A stretch of DNA of 59,981 nucleotides, counting the filler. It is 5 parts of 5 records of this genome, joined end to end, with 100 filler letters (N's around TTAATTAATTAA, not from the genome) between each part and the next. Parts side by side here need not be neighbours in the genome. Positions count along the whole stretch, not along the records: positions 33,526 to 47,527 come from SRR22947727_5443; 4 more parts are not named here. The stretch is one strand, 5' to 3'. Under the pieces are notes generated by a model, which saw only the letters and a program-made list of their open reading frames with translations, searched no databases and had not been told where the DNA came from. Positions 36,619 to 47,527 of this stretch are shown here, in pieces (the stretch's first letter is position 1; each line of letters opens with the position of its first letter). The translations under genes were made by a program, and so were the position numbers.

Positions 36619-37650
36619 ATGAAAAATATAAGAATTAATATTAAAAGTTTTTTTATAAGAGTTTTTAATATTCCGTTTACATTTTTAATGCATGCCATTG
36701 ATATTATAATGTGGCCAATACAGAAAATAATTGGTGTTAGGAATATGCCTTATATTTTTTTACTTCCAAATTTAATTTTTTTTGGTTTATTCGTAATTGT
36801 TCCACTTGGAGTAAATGTAGCTTTTTCTGTTACAGGTGGTGCTGAATTGCTATTCGCAAATAGAGAGTTCTCAGGTTCTAAACACTATAATTATTTGTTT
36901 GATTGTGAAAATTACTTAAATGCAAATAGCTGTAGAGAAGATTTTTTTTGGAGAGGAGTTCATAACACAATATTTTTTGTTATCTTTCAAGTAGGTTTAA
37001 TGATTTTCTTTTCACTTTTAACGGCTGTAATTTTGAACAAAAAAATTATTGGAAGAGGTTTTTTTAGATCAGTATTCTTTTTTCCAGTTTTATTATCTCC
37101 AGTAGTAGTTGGTTTAATTTGGCAATGGATATTACTTAAGAATGGAATACTGAATGCTTTTATTGAAGCAAATGGAGGAGATAAATTTTCATTTTTAACA
37201 GATCCAGGATGGGCAATGACTTCAAGTATATTTGTTTCAATATGGGCCCATATGGGTTTTTATACATTAATTGTTCTTGCAGGACTTCAGGCAATTCCTC
37301 CAAATTTATATGAAGCTGCTGAGATGGATGGTACTAGTAGAGAGAGAACTTTTTTTAGAATAACCTTACCTCTTTTAATGCCTAACTTACTTGTTGTTTT
37401 TGTACTTGCATCCATCAAAGGAGTGCAAACATTTGATGAAATATATGTTTTAACTGGAGGTGGTCCTGGAACTTCAACATCATTAATAGTTCAATATATT
37501 TTTACTACAGGCTTTGCTTCATCGGGGTCTGTTCAAAACTTTGGTCTTGCTGCCGCAGCATCTATGGTTCTGGGAATTGTTTTATTGTTCCTAACTTTAA
37601 TTCAACTTTACTTATCAAGAAGTAGAGAAAACAAACATCAAGAGATTTAA
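36619..37650 (+). CDS. Sugar ABC transporter permease
   Basis: EAA loop LYEAAEMDG, LTGGGP. Confidence 0.93.
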   Translation: MKNIRINIKSFFIRVFNIPFTFLMHAIDIIMWPIQKIIGVRNMPYIFLLPNLIFFGLFVIVPLGVNVAFSVTGGAELLFANREFSGSKHYNYLFDCENYLNANSCREDFFWRGVHNTIFFVIFQVGLMIFFSLLTAVILNKKIIGRGFFRSVFFFPVLLSPVVVGLIWQWILLKNGILNAFIEANGGDKFSFLTDPGWAMTSSIFVSIWAHMGFYTLIVLAGLQAIPPNLYEAAEMDGTSRERTFFRITLPLLMPNLLVVFVLASIKGVQTFDEIYVLTGGGPGTSTSLIVQYIFTTGFASSGSVQNFGLAAAASMVLGIVLLFLTLIQLYLSRSRENKHQEI

Positions 37651-38715
37651 ATGGGTAATACTGGAAGTTTAATTAAAAATATTGTTACTCAAAAAAAATA
37701 TAAAGAAAAATATCATTGGACAGATTATTTTTCTTATTTTTATTTATTCTTAGGGGTTTTTTTAATGTTTGGTCCTATAATTTGGTTAGGACTATCTTCT
37801 GTTAAAACTCTTGCGGGTATTCAAGAGTATCCCCCAACAATTCTTCCTCTATCACAAATACAAGTTGAAGTAGATGGATATGAAAAACCACTATCGCTGT
37901 ATAATGTAACGTTAGAGGATGGTAGCACTGCAGAATTAGCTGAAATTAAAAGAGTTGGCATTACTTCTAAAATGGTCGATCCTAATGATACAGAAAAAAA
38001 ATATAAAATACCCATTGATAAAAGAGAAAAGATAAGAGAGTTTAGTGTTCAGTGGGATAATTATTTAGACCCTCTAAGAAAGTATAATTTTTTACTCTAT
38101 TTTAAAAATTCTATTTTTGTTACTGTTATTGCAACAATAATAACTCTTATAATAAATTCAATGGCAGCTTATGCTCTCTCCATATACGAATTTAGAGGAA
38201 AAAACCTAGCTCTTGTCTTTGTAATTGGCACTTTGTTAATTCCTCTCACAATTATTCTAGTACCGGTCTTTTATGTTATTGCAAATTTTGGAATGATTAA
38301 TTCTTTGTGGGGAGTCATTTTGCCTGGAGCAGCAACCCCCACCGGTGTATTTTTACTTCGACAATATATGTTAACATTACCCAGGGAGCTTATAGAAGCT
38401 GCAAGAATGGATCATGCCAGTGAGTGGGCAATTTATTGGCGAATTGTGCTCCCATTATCAATTCCTGCGATAGCTGTTTTAGCAATTTTCTCAATTATGT
38501 GGAGATGGAATGATTTTTTATGGCCGCTTATTGTTCTATCAAAAAGTGAAGTTTATACTTTGCAAATTGCATTAAATGCTTTTCATGGAGAATTAACAAG
38601 TCAATGGAATTATGTATTGGCAATGACTATGGTCACTCTACTTCCAATTGCTTTAATATTTACATACCTTCAAAAATTTATAACAACTGGAATAGCTAGC
38701 ACGGGTATGAAGTAA
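37651..38715 (+). CDS. Sugar ABC transporter permease
   Basis: ELIEAARMD, WNDFLWPLIV. Confidence 0.93.
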   Translation: MGNTGSLIKNIVTQKKYKEKYHWTDYFSYFYLFLGVFLMFGPIIWLGLSSVKTLAGIQEYPPTILPLSQIQVEVDGYEKPLSLYNVTLEDGSTAELAEIKRVGITSKMVDPNDTEKKYKIPIDKREKIREFSVQWDNYLDPLRKYNFLLYFKNSIFVTVIATIITLIINSMAAYALSIYEFRGKNLALVFVIGTLLIPLTIILVPVFYVIANFGMINSLWGVILPGAATPTGVFLLRQYMLTLPRELIEAARMDHASEWAIYWRIVLPLSIPAIAVLAIFSIMWRWNDFLWPLIVLSKSEVYTLQIALNAFHGELTSQWNYVLAMTMVTLLPIALIFTYLQKFITTGIASTGMK

Positions 38716-39728
38716 TGACCTCTAAACCGACAATTATTTTTGATCCATATCCAAGAAATGAAGAAATGGTTTTTACATCAGATGTTGAAAAAGAATTAAA
38801 TCAAATATCAAAATTAATACCACATTTTGGCAGTAGAGCTCCTGATGATTTAGTTGAAGATAACTTATCAGATGCCGAAATTATTGTTGGACAAACAAAT
38901 ATGCCCAAAGAGAGATTGGATAAGGCTAAGAAATTAAAAGCTATAATAAATGTAAAATGTAATTGGGAACCAAATATTGATTATATAGAAGCGCATAAGA
39001 AAGGAATATACGTTCTATCTGCTGCACCAGCTATGGCTCCAGCAGTTGCAGAAGCATGCATTGGATATGCCATTGCTTTATCAAGAGGTACTCTACAGAA
39101 TTATAATAAATTTCTTAAATCTGAAGAAAACTATGGAATTCAAGGAAATGGAAAAGCTTATTCATTATTTAACTCTAATGTAGGTTTTATTGGTTTTGGG
39201 AATTTAGCAAAAAATCTTTTACCTCTTTTAAAACCTTTTAATTGCAATGTATCTGTTTATGATCCTTGGTTATCAAAAGAATATTTAGAGTCTCAAGGCG
39301 TCAATAGTGTGTCGTTAGAAAATTTGTTATCAACTAATAAATTTATTTTTATACTTGCTGGGGTAACAAGTGAAAATGAAGGTTTTATAAATAAAAAAAA
39401 ATTAGCAATAATAGAGAAAGATAGCTCAGTTATTTTAGTGAGCAGAGCAGAGGTGCTTGATTTTGAAGAGTTTATTAATCTAGCTGAAAAAAATATAATT
39501 AGGGCTGCAGTAGATGTTTATCCAGAGGAACCAGTTCCATCAAATGCATTTTTTAGAAAAGAGTCTAATATATTATTTACGTCACATGTTGCTGGAGCTA
39601 TGCACTTTTCTTATAAAAATATTAGAGAAATGATGATGGATGATATAAGACAAATTCTTAAGGGTATGCCGCCCACACGACTACAAAGAGCAGAACCACA
39701 TCAAGCAATGTTGAGGAGAGATAGATGA
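38715..39728 (+). CDS. D-2-hydroxyacid dehydrogenase-family protein
   Basis: GFIGFGNLA, VYDPW, VSRA, DVYPEEP, SHVAG. Confidence 0.85.
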   Translation: MTSKPTIIFDPYPRNEEMVFTSDVEKELNQISKLIPHFGSRAPDDLVEDNLSDAEIIVGQTNMPKERLDKAKKLKAIINVKCNWEPNIDYIEAHKKGIYVLSAAPAMAPAVAEACIGYAIALSRGTLQNYNKFLKSEENYGIQGNGKAYSLFNSNVGFIGFGNLAKNLLPLLKPFNCNVSVYDPWLSKEYLESQGVNSVSLENLLSTNKFIFILAGVTSENEGFINKKKLAIIEKDSSVILVSRAEVLDFEEFINLAEKNIIRAAVDVYPEEPVPSNAFFRKESNILFTSHVAGAMHFSYKNIREMMMDDIRQILKGMPPTRLQRAEPHQAMLRRDR

Positions 39729-40816
39729 CAGAAATAGTTTTAAAAAATATATTCAAAAGTTATGATCAAACTGAAGTAATTCATGGTGTTGACTTAAAAG
39801 TTGAAAGTGGAAAATTTCTTGTACTGGTTGGCCCGTCTGGATGTGGAAAATCGACATTGTTGAGAATTATTGCTGGGTTGGAAAGAATTACATCAGGAGA
39901 AATATTAATTGAAGGAAATGAAGTGAGTAATATACCAGCTTCTGAAAGAGGTCTTGCAATGGTATTTCAATCGTATGCATTATATCCACATATGTCGGTT
40001 TATAAAAATATGTCATTTTCTCTTGAAAATTTAAAAATTGATAAAAAAACTATTGAGGAAAAAGTAAATAGTGCAGCAAAACTTCTACAGATTGAAGACT
40101 ATCTTCAACGAAAACCCAAAGCTTTATCAGGTGGTCAGAGACAAAGAGTTGCGATTGGTCGCGCAATAGTAAGAGATCCAAAAGCATTTTTATTTGATGA
40201 GCCATTATCGAACTTAGATGCAGAATTAAGGGTGACAATGAGAAAAGAATTATCAGCTTTACATGAAAAAATTGGTGGCACTATGGTTTATGTTACCCAT
40301 GATCAAGTTGAGGCTATGACTCTCGCTGATCAAATAGTTGTTCTTAATGAGGGTTATGTTGCTCAAGCAGGCGCACCCTTAGATTTATATAATAATCCAA
40401 ATGATACTTTTGTTGCGGGCTTTATAGGATCACCTAAAATGAATTTTATGAATGTTAAAGCTATTAATAAAGATAATGAAATAAATTTAAAATCAGAAAG
40501 TTTAAATATAAAATCCTCAGTGGATGTGGATGTGGATGTGGATGTTGATCAAGATTATACTTTAGGAATAAGACCTGAACATATTTATATCTGTGCAAAA
40601 GAGGAGTCAGATTTAGAAGTAACAGTAGATTATTCAGAACAACTAGGCAGTGAAACATATTTTTATTGTAATGCAGATAATACTTCTCAACTCATTGTTC
40701 ATCAAACAGGACAATATAAGGTTACTAAGGGTGATAAATTATTCTTACGTTTAGATCATTCTGCTATGCATTTATTTGGAGCTGATGGAAAAGCTATAAA
40801 AAAAAATAAATCTTGA
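39725..40816 (+). CDS. Sugar ABC transporter ATP-binding protein (MalK-like)
   Basis: GPSGCGKST, LSGGQRQR, FDEPLSNLD, VTHDQ. Confidence 0.96.
   Translation: MTEIVLKNIFKSYDQTEVIHGVDLKVESGKFLVLVGPSGCGKSTLLRIIAGLERITSGEILIEGNEVSNIPASERGLAMVFQSYALYPHMSVYKNMSFSLENLKIDKKTIEEKVNSAAKLLQIEDYLQRKPKALSGGQRQRVAIGRAIVRDPKAFLFDEPLSNLDAELRVTMRKELSALHEKIGGTMVYVTHDQVEAMTLADQIVVLNEGYVAQAGAPLDLYNNPNDTFVAGFIGSPKMNFMNVKAINKDNEINLKSESLNIKSSVDVDVDVDVDQDYTLGIRPEHIYICAKEESDLEVTVDYSEQLGSETYFYCNADNTSQLIVHQTGQYKVTKGDKLFLRLDHSAMHLFGADGKAIKKNKS
40520..40549 (+). repeat. Hexanucleotide microsatellite (GTGGAT)4-GTTGAT encoding VDVDVDVDVD
   Basis: Directly visible. Confidence 0.9.
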
Positions 40817-41841
40817 TGTCTTCTAAAAAAATTGGTGTTGGGGTGATTGGAACTGGTATGGCAGCCAAACCTCACGCTTTAGCACTTAATGATTTGAAAG
40901 ATATTATTGATGTTAAAGCTATTTTTTCCAGAAATAAAGATAAATGCCATTCATTTGCTAATAATTATAATTTTAAAACTGCAAACTCAATTCAAGAAAT
41001 CTCAGAAAATAATGAAATTGATATGGTGATTTTAATTACTCCTCCAAACCAACGTTTAGAACTTATCAAAGAGTTTAGTGCAGCTGGTAAACATATCTTG
41101 ATGGAAAAACCAATAGAGAGATCGACTAAACAAGCAGAAGAGATAGTTAATATTTGTGATAATAATAATATAAAGTTAGGGATAGTTCTTCAGCATCGCT
41201 TCAGAGAGTCTTCCGTTAAATTAAAAAAACTAATAGAAAAAAATGCGCTTGGTTCCATTTATTCTGTTCAAGTTAATATAGCTTGGTGGCGTGATCAATC
41301 GTATTATGATGAGCCAGGACGAGGAACTTATGAAAGAGATGGTGGGGGTGTGTTAATTAGCCAAGCCATTCATACATTAGATCTAATGATCAATTTAATT
41401 GGTCAAGTACAAGAAGTTCAGGCTATTGCAAAAACTACATCTTTTCATACAATGGAGTCAGAAGATTTTGTTGCAGCAGGATTAAAATTTAAAAATGGTG
41501 CAGTAGGATCTTTAATGGCAAGCACTTCCTCTTATCCAGGTTATCCAGAGTCAATAATTTTAAACTGTCAGAAAGGATCTGTAAAATTAGAATCTGGAAC
41601 GTTAAAAATAAATTGGCAAAGTAATGAAGTAGAAGAATTTGGCGAAACATCTGGAACGGGAGGGAGTGCTGATCCTATGGCTTTTCCATATGATTGGCAT
41701 AAAAGTCTCATTAAAGATTTTGCACTCTCTTTAAGTCAAAATCAATCAGGTTTTGTTTCAGGTAGAGAAGCATTAAAAGTGCATGGACTAATTGATGCTT
41801 TAATTTTATCTTCAAAAAATGGTAAGATAGTAAAGATTTAG
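40813..41841 (+). CDS. Gfo/Idh/MocA oxidoreductase
   Basis: GVIGTG, MEKP, WWRDQSYY, GGGVLISQAIHTLD. Confidence 0.92.
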   Translation: MMSSKKIGVGVIGTGMAAKPHALALNDLKDIIDVKAIFSRNKDKCHSFANNYNFKTANSIQEISENNEIDMVILITPPNQRLELIKEFSAAGKHILMEKPIERSTKQAEEIVNICDNNNIKLGIVLQHRFRESSVKLKKLIEKNALGSIYSVQVNIAWWRDQSYYDEPGRGTYERDGGGVLISQAIHTLDLMINLIGQVQEVQAIAKTTSFHTMESEDFVAAGLKFKNGAVGSLMASTSSYPGYPESIILNCQKGSVKLESGTLKINWQSNEVEEFGETSGTGGSADPMAFPYDWHKSLIKDFALSLSQNQSGFVSGREALKVHGLIDALILSSKNGKIVKI

Positions 41842-41857
41842 TGGGGGATATATTTAA

Positions 41858-42877
41858 ATGAAAAAATTAAAAATAGCCGCAATTGGAACTGAGCACAGAC
41901 ATATTTTTGGTCAATTAAAAGGTATGCTTGATCTTGGTTGTGAATGTGTTGGTTGGTGGAACGATGGTGATAATAAAATAACTGATGATTTTACAGAAAA
42001 ATACCCAACTATTAAAAGAGAGATGGACAAAAATAATTTATTATCAAATCCTGAGATAGATCTTGTTTTAATAGCAGACATTCCAAGTAAAAGAGCAGAT
42101 TTAGCAATAGAATGTATGGAGGCTGGAAAAGATGTTATGCTTGATAAACCTGGATGCACATCTTTAGAGCAACTTAAACGAATTGAGCAAACAGCATTAA
42201 AAACTAAAAGAATTTTTTCCATAGACTTTTCTGAGAGATTTGAAGTTCCTTCTGTTCAAGTAGCATATGATTTAATTCAAAAGGGAGAGATAGGTAATGT
42301 AGTTCAAACAATAGGAATGGGTCCTCATCGCTTAAACTTACCCACTAGACCAGAATGGTTTTTTGATTATGAAAAATATGGTGGAATCCTATGCGATATT
42401 GCCTCACACCAAATTGATCAATTTTTATTTTTCACTGGATCGTCGCAAGCAGAGATAATATCATCAAGTACGGGAAATTTTGCACACCCACAATTTCCAA
42501 AATTTGAAGATTTTGGTGAAATTTTAATTCATGGAGATAAAGGCAGGGGATATATAAGAGTTGATTGGTATACTCCTGATGCGCTTCCAAACTGGGGTGA
42601 TGGCCGATTAACTATTATTGGCACTGAAGGTTATATAGAATTAAGAAAATATGTTGATGTGGTAGGTAGAGATGGAACAGATCACATTTTTTTAGTTAAT
42701 AAAGAAAAGTATGAATATATAAACGCTTCATCTCAACCTTTAACATATTTTCATCGACTAATGAATGATGTCATAGAAAGAACAAGCACTGCAATGGAAC
42801 AAGATCATTGTTTGAAAGTTATGAACCTTGCTATCAATGCTCAATCAAATGCAAAAAAAATGGGTAATTTAAAATAA
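41858..42877 (+). CDS. Gfo/Idh/MocA oxidoreductase
   Basis: LDKPG, GPHRL, GGILCDIASHQID, WGDGR. Confidence 0.9.
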   Translation: MKKLKIAAIGTEHRHIFGQLKGMLDLGCECVGWWNDGDNKITDDFTEKYPTIKREMDKNNLLSNPEIDLVLIADIPSKRADLAIECMEAGKDVMLDKPGCTSLEQLKRIEQTALKTKRIFSIDFSERFEVPSVQVAYDLIQKGEIGNVVQTIGMGPHRLNLPTRPEWFFDYEKYGGILCDIASHQIDQFLFFTGSSQAEIISSSTGNFAHPQFPKFEDFGEILIHGDKGRGYIRVDWYTPDALPNWGDGRLTIIGTEGYIELRKYVDVVGRDGTDHIFLVNKEKYEYINASSQPLTYFHRLMNDVIERTSTAMEQDHCLKVMNLAINAQSNAKKMGNLK

Positions 42878-44086
42878 ATGAATTTATCCAGTGATAATAT
42901 TTCAGATAAACTTCTAAATATAATTAATAATACGCCTATCTTTGATTTACATACTCATTTATTCCCTCCACAACATGAAGGTTATTTTCTATTAGGTTTT
43001 AAAAATTTATTAAATTATCATTATTTAATTGCAGAGTTATTAACATCTACCAATATTAATGCTTCAACATTTTATTCTTACAATGATGAAAAAAAGGCAT
43101 CACTAATTTGGAATGAGTTATTTGAAAAACGAACACCTGTATCAGAGGCATGTGCAGGAGTGCTATCAATTCTTAAAGAATTAAATATAGGAATAAATAA
43201 TAAAAGTTTTTTATCTATTTGTGATGAATATGATAGAAAAATTCAATCCGATAAAAATATATTGGACTTAAGTAATGTGTCTTCATTGGTAATGACTAAT
43301 AATCCTTTTGATCTAGATGAATGGTCTTTGTTTAACAGCAGTGATTGGGATAAAAAAATATACCTAGCATCACTTAGATTAGATGATTTAATTTTAGATT
43401 ATGAAGAAACTTTTAAAAAAGTAAAAGATCAAACATCAAATCAAGAAAAAAGTACGATAATTGCTTATCTTGAGAAATGCTATCTTCAATCAAACCCAGT
43501 ATATGCAGCAGTGTCACTAAATTTGGCTACTTTTAATACAATACTTGATGACTCAATGTGGAGAGATATTCTAGTATGGTTAGAAAGTAAAAACTTACCT
43601 TTGTCATTAATGTTAGGTGTGAGGAGAGCAGTAAACAAAGATTTTGGTTTAGCAGGTGATGGAATAGGTGATATTAATTTGAAAGAATTAAGCAATCTTT
43701 GCAATTCATTTCCAAAAAATAAGTTTTTAGTAACTTGCTTATCTTTAAACGATCAACATGAGTTAACAGTGCTAGCTAGAAAACATCCTAATTTAAGAAT
43801 ATTTGGATTTTGGTGGTTTATGAATCAACCAACTATAATAAAACAAATATTAAAAATGAGAATTGATATGCTGGGTTTTTCTTTTATACCGCAACATTCA
43901 GATGCGAGAGTTTCAGATCAGTTAATATACAAATGGAACCACTTTAAAAAAATTCTTCACCCAATCTTATTAGAATATTACCAAGAATTGCTTGATAAAA
44001 ATTTTCCTATCTCAGAAAATATTCTTCAAAGAGATATAGATAATTTATTGTCTGGAAATGCTAAAAACTATTTAGGAATTACGTAA
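42878..44086 (+). CDS. uxaC: Uronate isomerase (Bh0493-type amidohydrolase fold)
   Basis: DLHTH, YHYLIAE, MTNNPFD, FGFWWF, PQHSDARV. Confidence 0.8.
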   Translation: MNLSSDNISDKLLNIINNTPIFDLHTHLFPPQHEGYFLLGFKNLLNYHYLIAELLTSTNINASTFYSYNDEKKASLIWNELFEKRTPVSEACAGVLSILKELNIGINNKSFLSICDEYDRKIQSDKNILDLSNVSSLVMTNNPFDLDEWSLFNSSDWDKKIYLASLRLDDLILDYEETFKKVKDQTSNQEKSTIIAYLEKCYLQSNPVYAAVSLNLATFNTILDDSMWRDILVWLESKNLPLSLMLGVRRAVNKDFGLAGDGIGDINLKELSNLCNSFPKNKFLVTCLSLNDQHELTVLARKHPNLRIFGFWWFMNQPTIIKQILKMRIDMLGFSFIPQHSDARVSDQLIYKWNHFKKILHPILLEYYQELLDKNFPISENILQRDIDNLLSGNAKNYLGIT

Positions 44087-44846
44087 CAAATTTTAAAAGA
44101 TTATTAAAACTAGTTTCGATAGAAATAAAAGGATCTCCTTGACATTCATCTTGCTCTACAATGTACCACTTACATCCTGAAAGTTCTGCTTCTTTTATAA
44201 TATTTTTTATATCTAAATTTCCATTACCAATTTCTGCGTAATAGTTTTCATGTTCATTTAGCATAATAAAGTCTTTTAAGTGAATTAATGGCAATCTATT
44301 TTTTAATTTTTTACACCAGCTAATTGGATCATGGCCACCTTTTTGAATCCAATATACATCTGGCTCACCTTGTATATATTTATTATCAGTGTTGTTATAT
44401 ATCCTCTCTAAAATAATCTCCTGATTAATTTTTTGAAATTCTAATGCATGATTGTGATAACAAAGCACTTTATTTGCCTTACTAAAAATCGAACCAGCTA
44501 TATTTATATCTTCTATAAATTTATCAAGAACATTTATATCAAGAAAATTCATATTTTTAGGATATGGGAGAGCAGTATAAGAGCAATTAAGTGTATTAAG
44601 TTTTTCAATAACTACTTCAGTATTTTTAATGATTTCTTCATTGGGTTCATGGGTGGCGCATATAGTTAAACCTATATCATCACACATTTTTTTTATCTTT
44701 ATAGGATTAATTGGTCCAATAGAACTTACCTGAATTGCCTCATATCCAATTTTTTTTATTTTATTTAAAGTATCCAGAAGGTCTTTCTCTGTCTGACAAA
44801 AATGTCTTACGGTGTAAAGTGTTAAGGCGATTTCATTACGTTTCAT
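44079..44846 (-). CDS. Sugar phosphate isomerase/epimerase TIM-barrel protein (AP_endonuc_2 family)
   Basis: LYTVR, YHNHALEF, EPDVYW, IHLKD, EIGNG, IVEQD. Confidence 0.88.
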   Translation of the reverse strand: MKRNEIALTLYTVRHFCQTEKDLLDTLNKIKKIGYEAIQVSSIGPINPIKIKKMCDDIGLTICATHEPNEEIIKNTEVVIEKLNTLNCSYTALPYPKNMNFLDINVLDKFIEDINIAGSIFSKANKVLCYHNHALEFQKINQEIILERIYNNTDNKYIQGEPDVYWIQKGGHDPISWCKKLKNRLPLIHLKDFIMLNEHENYYAEIGNGNLDIKNIIKEAELSGCKWYIVEQDECQGDPFISIETSFNNLLKFVT

Positions 44847-45949
44847 TAGTTTTTACCAATCATTTTTCTCAATTTTTTTTCATAATCTTCTTCATTCAAT
44901 GGTAATTCTACTTCTTTTTTATCAAGTCCAGATAAAATCATAGCATTTATTAGTTCAACACTATTAATTCCTTGATCACCTGGCACGTGGAGATCTTCTT
45001 TACCTAACAAAAAGTTAGTAAAATTTTGAAGTATCCTAAGGTGCTCTACATGTTGATCTTCATCATTTGGGAATTCAAATTGCAATGTCTCTACTGCGGG
45101 TTTGTCAAAAAGTGTTTGTGAATTTTTTATAAAGCTAGTTGAAGTTTCTGATAATTTTTTCCAAGTTAAACAGTTATTTTCATAAATAACTAATCCATAA
45201 TCTGAAGCAATTTCTAAACGATTTACTCCTGGCGTTTCACCAGTCGTTGTAGAGAAAATTCCTTTCATTCCATTTTTATATTTTAAAATAGAAGTAACCT
45301 CATCTTCAACTTCAATATTATGAAAATGACCAAGTTGCATATCTGTGATAACACTGTGAGGCATTCCAAATAACCACTGACATAAATCAAGTTGGTGAAT
45401 ACTTTGATTCATTAATACACCTCCGCCTTCACCTTTCCATGTAGCTCTCCAATCAGAAATATTATAATAATAATTAGTTCTAAACCAATCTGTTATTGTC
45501 CATTGATAACGGTGAATCTTTCCCAACTCTCCACTCGTAATCATTTTTTTTAATTTTATAAAAGCTGGATTTGTTCTTTGATTTAACATAATCCCAAATT
45601 TTGAATCATAATTTTTTGAAAATTCTATAAATTTCCTACATTGCATTGAGGTTACTGCTAAGGGTTTCTCAATTATAATGTTAATGTTTCTTTTCAATGC
45701 TTGCTTTCCTAAATCTATATGTGATCTGTGAGGAGTAGCAATAATAGCTACATCGATTAATTTCTTATCAAAAAAATTATCTACTTCTTTATAAAAAGGA
45801 ATATTTGGAAAATTTTTTGCAAATTCATCATTCGTATCACAGATAGCTTCTAAGCTTCCATTTTTAATTTTATTTTGTAAAAATAAATTAGCATGATTAG
45901 CACCCATACCCCCAATACCAACTATTCCATATCTTATAATATCTTTCAT
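44846..45949 (-). CDS. Gfo/Idh/MocA oxidoreductase
   Basis: GIVGIGGMG, IEKP, WRATWKGEGGGVLMNQSIHQLD. Confidence 0.92.
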   Translation of the reverse strand: MKDIIRYGIVGIGGMGANHANLFLQNKIKNGSLEAICDTNDEFAKNFPNIPFYKEVDNFFDKKLIDVAIIATPHRSHIDLGKQALKRNINIIIEKPLAVTSMQCRKFIEFSKNYDSKFGIMLNQRTNPAFIKLKKMITSGELGKIHRYQWTITDWFRTNYYYNISDWRATWKGEGGGVLMNQSIHQLDLCQWLFGMPHSVITDMQLGHFHNIEVEDEVTSILKYKNGMKGIFSTTTGETPGVNRLEIASDYGLVIYENNCLTWKKLSETSTSFIKNSQTLFDKPAVETLQFEFPNDEDQHVEHLRILQNFTNFLLGKEDLHVPGDQGINSVELINAMILSGLDKKEVELPLNEEDYEKKLRKMIGKN

Positions 45950-45961
45950 TTTTTTTATTTC

Positions 45962-46714
45962 CTATGATAATATTGGATCTTTGACAGCATATATCGGCAC
46001 ACCGCCTGGTGATTGCTCTGTACCTGAAATTTCAATTGTGCTTATATTGCTTCTCCATCTTGTACTTAGGGCAAACATTACTGCATCTGCAATATCTTTA
46101 GCTTCCAATAAAGTGAAACCAGACATGAATTTTTTTGCTTTAGTTTTGTCTTCAAATGCGGCTTTAGCAAAATTAGTTTTTGTTCTACCTGGGCAAATTT
46201 CTGTTACCTTTACCCTAGACCCACTTAGTTCTACTCTCAAACTTTGGGCGATACGATGAATAGCTCCTTTTTGACCGCCATAAACAGTACTGATTTGAGG
46301 ATATAACCCAGCAAGTGAACCCATTAGAACAATATGTCCTTTTCTGTTTTTTACCATTTTAGGTACAACAGCTTTTAAAGTGTGAAGACAGGATTCTATA
46401 TTTATTTTTGTAGAGATTTCAATATCACCTCTGGAAGCTTTTAATATACCCTCAGCACCTCTTCCTATTCCTGCATTAGCAAATAAAATATCAATTTTTA
46501 ATTTTGATAACTCTTTGTATAATTTATTAGTATCAGTTAAATCTAACTCAATAATATTAAATTTAATTTTTTTTTGAAGAATTTTTAATTTTTTTACATT
46601 TTTATCCAGAGCGTAAACTGTTATTTTTTCTTTAAGAAATCTTTTAAGGGTTTCGTAACCTATGCCATCTCCAGCACCAGTTATTAGAGCGCTTTTATAA
46701 ATTTTATTAATCAT
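45962..46714 (-). CDS. Short-chain dehydrogenase/reductase (YdfG-like)
   Basis: ITGAGDGIG, ANAG, YGGQK, ICPG. Confidence 0.9.
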   Translation of the reverse strand: MINKIYKSALITGAGDGIGYETLKRFLKEKITVYALDKNVKKLKILQKKIKFNIIELDLTDTNKLYKELSKLKIDILFANAGIGRGAEGILKASRGDIEISTKINIESCLHTLKAVVPKMVKNRKGHIVLMGSLAGLYPQISTVYGGQKGAIHRIAQSLRVELSGSRVKVTEICPGRTKTNFAKAAFEDKTKAKKFMSGFTLLEAKDIADAVMFALSTRWRSNISTIEISGTEQSPGGVPIYAVKDPILS

Positions 46715-46815
46715 TTTTATGTTTTAATTTTATAATGTATTTACTTAATTAATAGTAAAATTATATGTATTTTTTTTTTAAATTGATAATATAATTAGAT
46801 TTTGCATTATAGATT

Positions 46816-47527
46816 ATGAGATTAAACCAAGATAATATAAAATTACTAAACAATTTAAAATCAAAACCTAATTATAATCCTCAAAAAGCAAAAAATAGTA
46901 TTTTGCATTTTGGAGTAGGTAATTTTCATAGAGCTCACCAAGCATTTTTTATACATGAAATGTTAAATGGCAGCAAAGATGTATCAATAATTGGTATCAA
47001 TTTAAGATCTGATGAAACTAGAAGAAATTTAGAAAAGCAAAACAATTATTATTCCTTATATGAATGTACAGAAAGTGAAATCAATATTCATGTTCTTAAT
47101 CCATATAATAAATTATTATTTGGGTTAGAAGATGAAAAAGAAATTTGTGATTTAATTGCAAATAAAGAAACTAAAATAATAACAATAACAGTAACGGAAA
47201 AAGGATATCATTATAATACAATAAATAAAAGTTTAGATTTAAATGATGATATACAAAATGATTTAGAAAATAAAAAAATAAAGACCTTAGTTGGTCATAT
47301 CTCTTATGGATTAATTCAGAGATTTAAAGAAAATAAAGAAGATATATACATTATCAGTTGTGATAACTTATCACACAATGGTGATATTTTAAAAAAAGTA
47401 GTTACAGATTTTGTAAGTCATATTGATAAAAATACAGCATCATGGATAGAAGAAAAGGTAAAATTTCCTTGCACAATGGTAGATTGCATAGTTCCTAATA
47501 CAAAAAAATTACCTAATGAAGTTGAAG
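46816..47527 (+). CDS. Mannitol dehydrogenase-family protein (UxuB/UxaB/MtlK-like), 3'-truncated
   Basis: HFGVGNFHRAHQA, TVTEKGY, SCDNL, FPCTMVD. Confidence 0.88.

Noticed and set aside
45962-46714. SDR as sulfoacetaldehyde reductase IsfD
   Set aside because: Only generic SDR motifs; specificity cannot be read from the sequence
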